A DNA stretch of 64,000 nt from Mobula hypostoma (Eukaryota): positions 13,392,001 to 13,456,000 of the forward strand of contig NC_086108.1 of assembly GCF_963921235.1 (NCBI RefSeq), in the 5' to 3' direction. Of the stretch, positions 52,417-64,000 are shown piece by piece. Both the position numbers and the translations under genes were made by a program. The stretch's first letter is position 1. Each line of letters starts with the position of its first letter. Below the pieces are notes generated by a model that saw only the letters and a program-made list of their open reading frames with translations, did not search any database and had not been told where the DNA came from.

Positions 52417-52715
52417 CCCTATCTTTTCTAAAACATCAAAAACCTAAAACATTAAGCATCCATTCCTGTCCCCCTCTCTGTTGTAGCCACAATGTCATTG
52501 TTCAATGTAGTGTATCCTGATCAGTAGTCTCTACGTTCATCCCCCTACCAGTTTTATTCTAAGCATTAATATAACAAGTTTCAACTGTTCATTCAATTCT
52601 GTCTATTACCTTGGTTACAGACGCCGGTCAGGACATTGACCTCCCCTGCAATCCCGTTACATTCTGACCCGGTGACTGGTCACTTATACTTTGACTGAAT
52701 GAAGTATTAACTCAC

Positions 52716-52866
52716 GGGTGGAAACCGTTGCTGTTGCTGGTGCACTCCTTGCCTGCTCCTTGAGTGCGACCAGGTTGACTGTGTAGTCTTCACCCGGTCT
52801 CAAACCAGTCTGGTTGAAGGAGGTCACTGCCGTGGGAAGCTGAACTATCATACCTCCTTCATTACT
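52716..52866 (-). CDS. TNR: Tenascin-R-like exon, second half of FNIII-2 (151 bp)
   Basis: tgtttcag|AGT ... ACC C|gtgagt; [50 protein letters not shown], close to TNR; phase 0 start matches the previous exon. Confidence 0.95.
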
Positions 52867-52993
52867 CTGAAACACAGACACAATATTACACTGGGCCGGA
52901 GAGAACAGTTCCGAAGTGGGGACGGAAAATGAGGTTTGTGGGAGAAATAGAGAAAACTAGAGTAAGGCAGCAGTAGAGAGATGAAGCCCTATC

Positions 52994-55900
52994 TGTGATG
53001 AGAGCCATTGACGAGGATAGATAGGACCCAAATGCTGGTGTATCCGAGGCTAGGATCAAGAACTGAGCACAAAACAAAATGTTACACCATATCTCTGGTT
53101 GGGTTTACAATTGAGCACAAAGGCTCTGTTCAAGTGCTCTTTAAATACTCACTTCTTAGTGCTAAAATGTGATTGCCTATTAGCAGGACCACACCAGCTA
53201 TCCATTCTCCGGGGAGTCAGAGCATCAAAACCCTGGAAGCTGGCGCCGTTGGGTGAGCATTGTAACAGGACCACCTCCACCCCCCACCATGGCCGACTCC
53301 TGACGGCCCTGGCCGCTCGGAGAGACAATGATTGTTGTCATGGATGCGTGCCAGATCCAAGATGTCCCTTTCAGGAACCCAGCACCATTCTTCGGTTCCA
53401 AATCCTTCCCAGTCCACAAGGAACTGCCAAACACCCCAAACAGTTCGTGTATCTAAAATCCTTCTCACGGTGAAGTCCTGTTCCCCATCCACAAACCTGG
53501 GTGGTGGTGGGACTGATAGTGGTGGGGCTGGCTAAAGGACTGGTTTCATTTGGAAATATGGAAGGTGAGATTGATCTTAAGGGTCTTGGGGAGCTGCAAG
53601 GTGTAGGCCGCCAGGTTTACTTTCCTGAGAATCCTGAAGAGTCCAGTGAATTTGGGCGCCGATTTCCTGGACACCACTCGGAGAGGCAAATCCTGAGTCA
53701 ATGGCCAGACCTGTTGCTCCGGCTGCAAAACTGGTCCTCTTGCAGTTAGCCTTCATTTCAGCCTTCTGGGTAGAAGCTAACAAAATCTCCCTTGTCCTAG
53801 TCTATTTCTCCTTGCAACATCGGACAAAATCTCTGATTGCAGGAATTCCAACCTTGGCCTCCTGCTCAGGAAGAGTGTTGGAGATTACCCAAACTGGCTT
53901 TCAAACGGAGACACCCCATGCACTGAATGCCATGAAGTGTTGTGGGTGGCCTCCGCCCACATCAAATTGTTGCACCACTTATCCGGTCTTTCAGAGGCCA
54001 GGCTTCTTAAGGTTTGTTCCAACTCTTAGTTTATCTGCTCCATCTGGCCATTGGACTGTGGGTGAAACCCCAAGGAAAAGCTCGCTGTTGCCCCAATCAT
54101 CTTACAGAACACCCTCCAAAAACATGACGCAGATTGCGGAACACAATCTGATACAATGTCCGCCAGAAAACTGTGAATCCTGAAGACTTGGTGCAGGGCA
54201 ATTTCAACCAATTCCACTGCAGATGGGTAGTCTGTCCAAGGTGATGAATTTACAGGCCTTTGAAAAAGATCCACAATTACCATGATAAAGGTCTTCCCCT
54301 TGGAAGGAGGAAGACCCATGACAAGGTCCATGGAGATGGGTGCACATGGTCTGTCCAGAACAGGCAAAGCACGGGGGGTGGGGGGGGAGGAGCCCCTGAG
54401 GTTGGGTATGGGATTCCTTGTTCCGGGCCACATTTCACATGTCTGCATGTATTGATGAACCTCTCTCACCATTTCAGGCCACCAGTATCTTCTCTCGATG
54501 AACTTGAGGGTCCTAGCAATCCGTGTGTGGGTGGTCATTCTCAATGCATGCCCCTACTGAAGAACTTGAGACCAATGGAACTAGGAACAAACAGTCAATC
54601 CAAGGGCCATTCTGAGGATTCTCCCCTTGTGCCTGGGCCTTCCAAACAAGAGTGTTGATTCCCCAATAACTTGGCACTATCACTTCGGCTTGGGGCAAAA
54701 TGGTGGTACGCAGCTCCACTCTTCCAGGTTCGTCAAAATGACGGGACAAGGCATCTGGCTTCTGGTTCTTTGACCCTGGTTAATAGGTCAGGACAAAAAT
54801 GAAGCGATTAAAGAAAAGAGACCACATGGCCTGCTTGGAATTCAGTCTCTTGACCTCCTGAATGTAAGCTAGGTTCTTGTGGTCTGTCTGCACAATAAAA
54901 GCCCCCTCCAGCCAGTGACGCCTCTCCTCCAAAGTTAACTTGACCATGAGCAGCTCCCTATTTCCAATGTCATAGTTCACCTATGCCGGGGATAACCACC
55001 TGGAAAAGAATGAACGTGGGTGCAGTTTATTGTCTGAAGGTGTCTTTGAGATGACATTGCACCCACTCAGACATCCACAATGAAGGGAAGATCCGGATTA
55101 GGTGGCACCAAAATGGGAGTTGTCATGAACTATTGTTTGAGCTCTGCGAAGGCAGCCTTCACTTCAGAATCCAAACAAAAGGGCCCATGGATCTCATGGT
55201 TGGTGCTGTCAGCAGAGCCGCCACTGAGCTGAGGTTTCTGATGAACTTTCGGTAAAAGTTAGCAAATCCCAGGAATTGTTGGACTTGTTGTCTGGAGCCA
55301 GCTTATCTGCCCTTGAAGGCAGGACTGGGTTTCCTGGAGGCTCCATATTACTCTGAACAGATGTCTGACCCCTCTTCAGCAGGTGGTCTTGGGAGAGTCG
55401 AGTGGTCAGAACACCTAGCTGAAAATATACCGTCTTGCAGTGACTGGACAATGCAACGATCCTCCCTTCCTTCCAATTCATGGAAGGGTTATGCTGGGAC
55501 AGCCAAGGGTGCCTGAGGATCAGGGATATGTGAGGAGACTCAATGCTATAGACACTAATGTCCTACACATGATCCTCTACCCTCATCCACGAGACCAATG
55601 TCTACTGCCTAATCTATCTGGAACCAAGGGGATGGACATTCAAGACAGTTGCGGGCATGGGCTGCTTCAACTCCTGCAGATATGTTCTAAGCCGATGGGC
55701 GGTTCCCAAGACCAGGAAATTTCCAGCTGCTCCAGAGTTCAAAAAAGCGTTCACCTCTCATTGGTTCATACCCTAGGAGATCTCCGCCTTCAGCATGACA
55801 CCAGAAACCATGGGGTTTGAAGCAATGGCTGCTACCGTCACAGTCCTCCCAATACCGGAGTTCCCCCAACGATCAGAACCTCTATGTCCCCCCCTGGCTC

Positions 55901-56891
55901 TTCCAAGACAAGGGCATTCTCAGTCTGTGGTAGTATAGTGTGGCCAAGGCCTTCCCATTCCAGCCACTCTCTTAGGCCATGGTCCGAAGCTCGATAGCAT
56001 AGTCAGCCTCTGACCGCCTACTGTCGAATCTTCATCAGACGGTCCGAGACTCGGCTGGCTCTGGCGGGGTGATGGAACATCATCCTCATGGTGGCCATGA
56101 ATTCCGCCAAATCTGAACAAATCTCTGACCTGCGTTCCCAATATATGGTGGCCCAAGCCAGGGCTTCTCCAGCCAGGAGAGAGAGATAATGAAGACCACC
56201 TTTCCATGCTCCAAAGGGAACTGGGCTGGCTGGAGTTCCAGCACTAAAGAGCATTGAATGAGGAAGCCTTGGCAAGACACCAGGTCACTGTCAAATCTCT
56301 TTGGGGTTGGACGATATAGTGGTTCTGCACAGCCACGAAATGGCTCTGGATTCTTCCTTGTGAAAGCTGGCAAACAGCTACCGAGAGACCATGTATCTCC
56401 AGACTCTGTCTGGAAATCTCTCAGTGGCTGGTCACACTGGATGAAAGACTGATACCCCGTCGGATCCATACTGACTTAGTCATACTGTGACGAGAGTCCT
56501 TGGCGAGGATGGTTTGGACCCAAATGCTGGAGTATCCGAGGTTAGGATTGAGACACGGAATAAAACTGGATTGAGAAGTGATCACAGAAGAAAACGCTAG
56601 GCGATATCTCTGGTTGGGCTTAGGACTGAGCACTGAGGTGATCTTTAAATACTCAATTTATGACAGGCCAAAACATGATTGCCAATGAGCAGGGTGGTCC
56701 TGAATCTTCCCGAGAAGACTCCAGAGAGTTAGAGTGACTAAACACCGGAAGGTGGCATGGTTGGGTGCGTGTTTATCTGTGACTTAGTGTTACTGCAGGA
56801 GGACATTTTCTGATCTTTTCAGCCTCTCTGATCTACAGTTAAAAGTCCTCAGCCACCCACCCACCTTGGGCCACTGAGTGCTATTGTGACA
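52994..56891 (-). mobile_element. Defective sushi-type chromovirus (Gypsy) lacking most of RT
   Basis: gag MDPTG...CQGFLIQCSL...GEALAWAT; RNase [17 protein letters not shown]; integrase ISMDLVMGLP, HPQSNGQME; chromodomain VRRILD...FLVDWEGFGTEE; LTR-like ends at 52994-53267 and 56486-56891. Confidence 0.88.
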
Positions 56892-56901
56892 CAACTACAT
56901 A

Positions 56902-58522
56902 CAGGTTTCTCTCGCCATCCGAAGGTAGAGCGTTCCTATGAAACGGTTCGTAAGCCGGAATGTCATAAAGCAAAGAAGCAATTACCATTTATTTATATGG
57001 GAAAATTTTGTGAGCGATCGCAGACCCAAAAATAACCTACCAAATCATGCCAAATAACACATAAAACCTAAAATAACAGTAACATATAGTAAAAGCAGGA
57101 ATGATATGATAAATACACAGCCTATATAAAGTAGAAATACTTCTCTACAATGATTACCTGCACAGATCTCCATAGCGAAAATCTCACGCAAGCGCTCTCG
57201 GCAGAAAATCTCACGCAAGCGCTGTTGGCATAAACGCGCGCTCCAGTAACCTTTAAACTATGAAGCTGCCAAATCTACCAAATAACACGTAAAAATACAC
57301 AGCCTATATAAAGTGGAAATAATGTATGTACAGTGTATTATCACTTACCGGAATTGGGAAAACAGCGCAGAGCACACTGATGATGGTGTGTTAGACTGAT
57401 TCGTCGCAGGCTGGGTGGTGCAGTGGCCCCCACCCTCCAGGCCGCCCACCTAATACATTGCCACGAAGAACGCAGCGGTAGCCGGAAGGCACACAGCACA
57501 TCTTTAAGAAAAAAGCCGAAATAAACATGCTAATTAATTAGGTACTGCCCGGCACGTAAATGTCGGCGCAGGTCAGATGCCATTGCCGATTGCATCGCCT
57601 CTGATCTAGGCCACAATTACGTGCTAGGCGGCACCTAATTAATTAGCATGTTTATTTTGGCTTTTTTCTTAAAGATGTGCTGTGTGCCTCCCGGCTACCA
57701 CTGCATTCTCCGCGAATCGGTACAGTATCTGTCCGGGGCCCGGGGGTTGGGGTGGTGGGACATGGGGGTGTCATCTCATCATCGATCAGGGCAGGCAGCT
57801 CATCTTCTCCTATGACTGCCCGCCTCGATGTCGAAGGTTGAGGTTCGTCGTCTGCTGTGGCTGATGTGGAAGACTTGCTTGACAGCTGAGCCTCGCACAT
57901 TTTTCTATCACACAGTTCTTTGTAAGCACTCAAACCATCCTGCAAATATCCCCTAAACCTACGTACCCTTTCAAAATTAAAGTCGTACTTTATCATTGCA
58001 GCGAAAATCTCACACAGTTGCTGGACGACTTCACTTTCAGTCCATTCGCTACTGAATTCGGTTTCAATTGTTATCCTTTCCTCTTCCAATTGCATCAGCT
58101 CTTCATCTGTCAGTTCTTGGTCATCGGATGCCAAAACCTTTTCAGCATCATCTTCGTCAGCTTCCACAAGCCAAACTGACCTTATCCTTGCTTTGTTCAC
58201 CACGATCAAAACGCTTAATTATGTCTAGTTTTACGCTAAATGTAACACCCTTACGAGCTCTTTCAGGCTTTCCAACACCTTAGAACTCATCTTGCTAACG
58301 GCTGCTCAATGCAACGTGTTTAAGCAATGCCGGCGAGAATCCGGGGGAGAGCAGCTGCTCGGGGCACGCACTGCCTTTTATCACGCGCTGATTTTTTATC
58401 GTGCGCTGCCTTTCTTCGTAACAGTGAAAACACCTTCTGTTAGCGAAAACAGGGTACTAATGTAGGTCTTTCATAACAGTGAGGTTTCGTAAAGCGAACG
58501 TTCGAAAAGCGGGGGACACCTG
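56902..58522 (-). mobile_element. Internally deleted Tigger/pogo DNA transposon
   Basis: Imperfect TIRs caggtttctctcgc / gcgggggacacctg, TA on both sides; N-terminal RKGVTFSVKLDIIKRFDRGE joined to acidic C-terminal ELTDEELMQLEEE; no DDD core. Confidence 0.87.
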
Positions 58523-58659
58523 TACAGTGTTCAGGTACAAAGAGACAAGGAAGTGATGGACAAGTACAAGAGCTGGCCTCGGGTCTCAGGCACTGGTCTG
58601 ATGGATGCAGGGTCACTAGATGTCTGAGAGAATGAGTGAAGTGGCTGAGTGCGACTTAC

Positions 58660-58775
58660 CTTTGCAATGAAACTGATTTCCCAAGCATCAGATGTGAACT
58701 GGAAAGGGTCCCACTGTAACTCCACTGCTGTCTCCGTAACAGACTTGAAGCGAAGTCCTTGAGGAGTAGGCAGAT
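58660..58775 (-). CDS. TNR: Tenascin-R-like exon, first half of FNIII-2 (116 bp)
   Basis: ccaag|AT ... GCA AAG|gtaagt; DLPTPQGLRFKSVTETAVELQWDPFQFTSDAWEISFIAK resembles TNR [25 protein letters not shown]...WEISF. Confidence 0.92.
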
Positions 58776-58996
58776 CTTGGGGAGATACCAGAGATTAGTC
58801 TGAGCTCACAAGGACTACATCTTTCAGGCTTTCTGGCAACAAGGTCACATTCCAAATAGAGAGTATTTACATGTTTTGTTTTACCTGTAGTCACTACCCA
58901 CAGGAAAGGCTTGTAATTTCCTTTATGTGCATCAGCCACTTCCTGTGTCAGTGCTGAGGTAATTTATGAAATGGACAGTAAGCTTGTTCATTTGCA

Positions 58997-59285
58997 GGAT
59001 GCCAGCATTTATTGTCCATCCCTAATTGCCCCTGATTGAGAAGGCAGTGGTGAGTCAAATACATTGGTGGGTCTGGAGATCAGGTAAGGATGGCAGATTT
59101 CTTTCCCTTACTGACAATTTGAGGACCTGATCTAATGTTATCATAACCTAGAGGTTCTGAGCCTTTTGCTGAGACAAACTTTATTTATTTACCAGGTGAA
59201 CTTAAATTCCATGTTGCCGCAGTGGGATTTGAACACGTGGCTCTGAGACAATGGCCCAGAATGCTGATTGTTAGTCCAGTAACAA
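58997..59285 (-). mobile_element. Old SINE remnant (shark DeuSINE-like)
   Basis: ccagcatttattgtccatccctaattgccc, ggtaaggatggcagattt and gtgggatttgaac (B-box complement); family recognised from memory. Confidence 0.5.
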
Positions 59286-59619
59286 GTCTGGTTCATGCAA
59301 CAGCTGGATCTGATGGAACTTACTTTTCAGAAAGAAAATAAATCACAAGAACAGGTTATAAATAAATAAATAAATCACAAGAGGCGGGTATATAATGAGA
59401 GGGTTGCAGAAGCAATTTGTAAGATAGATATGAAATTTCAGCTTTCTGTTGTGAGAAAGGTGAGATGAAACAACATTGTTCCACTTTTCATTTGTACATC
59501 CAGGAAGAATTTCAGGCCCTGCAGTCCACCTCATCCATACCATTTACTAGCGGTTAACCCAAAGAGTTCTACGCCTTGCTGATTCAAAGTGTTTGCCATT
59601 ACACTTCCTAAGTTTTGTG

Positions 59620-60625
59620 AGCGTCTCCATCATTTCCTTGGCAGGATGTTTCAGATTCCAACCATCCTATCAGTGAAAAGAACTCTTGCTCAGATCCCTT
59701 TTAAAAGACTTAGCCCTTACCTAACCTTAAGCCTTCTAGTTGTAGAAAGGGAAGGAGCTCAATTATAGTCACAAACCATATGATCACCAGGCTAGTCCTA
59801 TTTTTCTGCATGTGGCCACGTCCCTCCAGGTGTTTCTTAAATGATATCATTGTACCTGCCTCAACCACTTCCTTGGACTACACTCCGCCCTCTGAAAAAA
59901 TTACCCCTCAAGACTCTTTTAAAACCTTTTCCCTCTCACTCTATATCTATGCCCCCTAGTTTTGGGAAGGGGAACTGTTACTATTCACCTTACCTTCCTC
60001 TCACATTTCTAAAACATCACATCTCATTCCATGGGATGAGGATACAGTCTGACCAATTAACTCAGGCCCTCTAGCCTGGCAACATCTTTCTGCACTCTTT
60101 TCAGTTTAGTCATGTTTTCCCTAATAACTGGGTGACCAAATTTCTATACAGTACTCCATGGGGCCTCATTGATGATTTACACAACTACAACATAATGTCC
60201 TATTACTCATTGCCCTGGCTGATGAATGCCAACTTGCTTAAGTACCTTTTTTCAGCACTCTGTCTACCCGCAATGAAACTTTCAATGAGCTATGCACTCC
60301 TGGATCCCTCTGTTCCATTACATCTCTATCTTTCTACCCCTCACCTACACTTGTAATAATTTTGTACACCTCTGCCAGGCCCCTCCTTTGCTTCTCTTAA
60401 ATGAATCAAACCCATCCTCAACAGTCTCTCCTCTGAACTGAAACACTCCATCCCTAGCAACATCTTGGTGAATCTCCTCTGCACGCTCTGCAGTGCGGCA
60501 CATCCTTCCCTTAGTACAGGGACCAGAACTACACACCGTATTTCAGATGTTTTATAACACATCAAACTCTCCCTGCTCTTATCTTCTATGCTTCACCTCA
60601 TGAAGGCAAGTACTCCATATGATTT
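59620..60625 (-). mobile_element. Old CR1 3' fragments
   Basis: VQRRFTKMLLGM...EERL remnant. Confidence 0.65.
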
Positions 60626-60924
60626 TTTTTTAAATTGCAGATGAAGGAAATCTGAAATAAAAACAGAAAATCTAGTAAAAGCAAACCTCAGCTGGTCAAA
60701 CACCATTTATGGAGAGATAAGCAAGGACTTGGGTCAGACTAGGTAGGGGAGAGAGAGGGAGATAGGTTCATCTTCCATAGGAGAAAAGGCACGGGATGAC
60801 TTAAGATGGCATAATGGCAGTAATTACCCACAGATGGAGAAGCAAGAAAATACAGAAGCTGGAAATAGAAGCAACAATCTGCTGGATGGACTCAGCAGCC
60901 TGAGCAGGGTCGCAGGGTCTGTGG

Positions 60925-60926
<2 letters not shown>

Positions 60927-60968
<42 letters not shown>
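60927..60968. repeat. (GT)n microsatellite
   Basis: Seen directly. Confidence 0.95.
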
Positions 60969-60969
<1 letters not shown>

Positions 60970-63308
60970 GGTGGCGGGGCGAGGTTGGGAGAGGAACTCT
61001 TTATATGTCAGGACTGCATGCATTACTGGCAGATGAAGTGGGTCATTGATGTCATGACACTGGGACCTGCCCCACAGGCTGCACTTAACAAGCTGAAGAA
61101 AAGCTCAGGAAATGGAAGATGTTTTCCCTGCCTTCTCTCCCGGAAAACCAGCTTACTTAGTGGAACCAGGTGACCATCAGATCTTATTCAGTATTGTTAA
61201 TAGTGTACTTAGGCATCCATCCGGGTAATGCTAGAATAGTTGTCTGTGCCTTTACGGGAGACGGTGATGTAATTATACACACGCGGGATAGTGGGGAGAC
61301 CATTTTGCTTTCTGCAAAAGACGTAGTAGGGCATTGGAATTGGGTTCCTCCCAGAGTGTGCTGCGCATGGTGAGGAAAGATTTCCACGAGTGAAGAAATC
61401 AATGCTGGGTAGCATGGCTTATACCAAGTTCCTCACTATCCAAGTAGGATTGCCACTACCGTATTAGTACCGTATTAGCTCTGGCATTTTTAGTTTCTCA
61501 GTTTACTTATTCAGTTCTGACAAAAAAATTACAGACCCCAAAGTATTGACTCTTCTGCTGCCTGGCCTAATGAATTTTTCCAACATTTTCTGATTTTGTT
61601 TCATGTATACCATTTTCACCACCTCACCTAGTGTGCTGACACCTTCAGTGATCCTTCAACGTGAACACTAAAATCCCCCAGTTCCTCAAAACTCCTTAAC
61701 GCCCCACCATTCATTGTGAATGCAATATTGTCAGGATTAGATTCCATCTACCATTGTAACCAGTGAACAACTGATTAGATCCTTCCTATAAGTTTGAGAC
61801 TGTTCTTCTCATCATCAGACAAACCATCAATTTTTACCTCATCTGCAGATGGATCAAAATGACATAGAAATCTACAGCACATTACAGTCCCTTCGGCCCA
61901 CAATGTTGTGCAGACCATGCAACCTACATGACGAGCTGAACAATTTTATATCACAAATTACCCAATGATTCATTATTTCCTGGACTACTTTAAATGAATA
62001 ACCAGTGCCATTTTTGAAAGCATTGGGATTTATTTTAAAACTGTGACAGGTAAAGTTTCAGAACTGATGTGACACCGCAATCAGGAGATTATAGATTTTC
62101 ACATGTGCAAATATCTGTGCAATCATATTTAACCCAAAAAAGTGTATTGGTGTAAAGATGCACATGTACAAAGGTGTGTAAATTCATTTCAAGCAGTTTG
62201 TAAAATGGGCCCTTGATTTCAACTGGTGATTTTCTGATTTAAATGGAGAAAGTACGAGGTGATGCTTGGAGGAAAGAGAAGGCGAGGTAACGTTTTAGGT
62301 CAAAAACTTTTCATCAGAATAACTTCTCATCCTCCTTCAGGGCAGACTGTACCCTTCCAGATTCACTTCACATATGTAACTCAGCTTGTCTATCTGCAGG
62401 GGAACTGGCTATTTCTATAGTAACAAACCATGATCCATATTGGCTTAGCCCTTCTCTTTCCATTCAGACACCCCGACCAGCTGGCCACAGTTTGCAGCCC
62501 TACTATGAGAATCACATTGCCCTGCATTGTTTTTATTGTCACCCTCAAAGTGCCCCATCATTTACAACTTTACCCCCACCCACACCAGTTTCTCTGGCCT
62601 TGTCCTACCACAGACTATTCATCCCTCTCCCATCTTCTCTCCAGTTTGTTTTCTCTCTCCTAGCTGCCCAACCTGTTAAGTATTTCCAGCATTTTCTGTT
62701 CCTATTTATTTCAGATTTCCATTGTCGGAGTATTTTCAATGATTTCGAGGTTATGTTGGGAGTGTACGTGACTCTAGTTGGACCTCCGCCTGAGCATTGT
62801 TCACAGTTCAGCTCAGTGTGTCCCAGGGATGATCTGACCGCACTTGAGAGGGTGCAGAGGAGACTCACGGCACGCTGTCAGGATGGAAAGCTTCAGCTTT
62901 GAGGAGAGGTTTGATCAGCTGGGCTTGTTTTCTTTTAACTACAGGAAACTGAGGGTAGACTCAACTACGTGGAGTAAATAGAGGGGATGTAGCAGAGGGG
63001 TCAAATTCCAATTTTACAATAATTAGTAGAGATTGGGGGGGGATGAGGGGATGTTAAATGGAAGGGTGAGAGGGGTAGAAATCTCCATCACATTGGAAAC
63101 GCAATCACTTTTGGATGAGACCTTGAGGATGCTCAGGGCTATGGACCTGATGCTGGAAAGGGTGGCAGTGAACGGTGTAAGCCTTTCACAATTGGCACAG
63201 CTATGTCGGAGGCAAAGGCCGTCTGCTGCTGTGTATGTGTGATGACCACAGTAACTGCCGTCACACACCGTCCTCCCCCACAAACGCTGGCAGGGCCTCG
63301 GTCTGTAC

Positions 63309-63785
63309 CTGTTGCACAGTCTGCTCCGGGGAAGCGATCCTGACAGGAACAGTTGCCATGTCTACACTGACTGTTGTTGCTGCAATTGTTCAAGCACCTC
63401 AGCTGGTTGCAGTCCTCTCCAGTATAGTCCATGAAGCACAGGCATGTGTCATTCTCACAGTGCCCGTGGCCAGAGCACGCATTGAGGCATTTCAGCTGGC
63501 CACAATCTTCACCTTTGTAGGGGTCCTCACAGACACATTCTTCCTCTACACATAGGCCATGCCCACTGCAGTCCCGCAGACATTCTGTGTCATTGCAGTC
63601 CTGCCCCATGTAGCCCTGGTCACAGACGCAGTCCCCATTGACACACACCCCGTGCCCAGAGCAGTTGGTCAAGCAAAGTGGCACCGAGCATCCCTTGCCA
63701 GTCCAGCCAACGTCACAGATGCAATCACAAGTCTTCATGCTGAAGTTCCCATGGCCACTGCACAGGGGAGCATAGTCAACTTCAC
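63309..63785 (-). CDS. TNR: Tenascin-R-like gene, EGF-repeat exon (4.5 tenascin-type EGF repeats), 477 bp, phase 1/1
   Basis: Acceptor ...cccctccag|GT and donor ACA G|gtacag. Translates [28 protein letters not shown]...GADCAT with all EGF cysteines intact. Resembles the TNR start [16 protein letters not shown], and 4.5 repeats is the TNR count. Orthologue versus paralogue not resolved. Confidence 0.93.
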
Positions 63786-63795
63786 CTGGAGGGGC

Positions 63796-64000
63796 AGAGA
63801 GAGATTGAGAGTGAGTGAGTGAGTGAGTGAGAGAGAGTGAGAGTGAGAGAGAGATAGAGTGAGAGTGAGAGAGAGAGTATGTGTGTAAGAGAGAGAGAGA
63901 GAGAATGAGTGAGAGAGAGAGAGAGCGAGAGTGAGTTAGAGAGATATAGAGTGAGAGAGAGAGTATGTGTGTAAGAGAGAGAGAGAGAGAGCGAGAGAGA
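63796..64000. repeat. Compound (GA)n/(GAGT)n microsatellite adjoining the EGF exon acceptor
   Basis: Seen directly; runs to the window end. Confidence 0.95.

Noticed and set aside
57652..58209. 185-aa acidic ORF as a domesticated TIGD-like gene
   Set aside because: C-terminal remnant of an internally deleted Tigger with no catalytic core
61157..61311. Candidate for the missing FNIII-1 exon
   Set aside because: Splice-like ends, but 155 bp long, stops in all frames and no FNIII pattern
63139..63308. ORF extension beyond the EGF repeats ([11 protein letters not shown]...)
   Set aside because: Read-through past the donor at 63309 into intron; lacks EGF cysteine spacing

Overview
Vertebrate nuclear DNA, most likely a cartilaginous fish such as a ray or shark (inferred from HE1-like V-SINEs, abundant CR1 and Penelope families). 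The window is the interior of one minus-strand tenascin-R-like gene. I can place 8 GT-AG exons: an EGF exon with 4.5 repeats, FNIII-2a/2b, FNIII-3, FNIII-4a/4b and a later split FNIII domain. The introns are almost entirely nested transposable elements: CR1 LINEs, I/Nimb-type LINEs with RNase H, Penelope elements with minimal hammerhead motifs, a Gmr1-type Gypsy, a sushi-type chromovirus, solo LTRs, Tc1 and Tigger derivatives, and SINEs. Most notable: (1) no intact exons for the FNIII domains that tenascin-R normally has at positions 1, 5 and 6/A, with possible decayed exon ends at two of those sites; (2) a Gmr1-like element with integrase before RT, whose RNase H catalytic motif is amplified as 15 in-frame 42-bp units; (3) Penelope hammerhead cores in the sense orientation of the host pre-mRNA. 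I found no convincing evidence of a wholly new biological system. Family assignments come from motif recognition, not database searches, and boundaries of old repeats are approximate.
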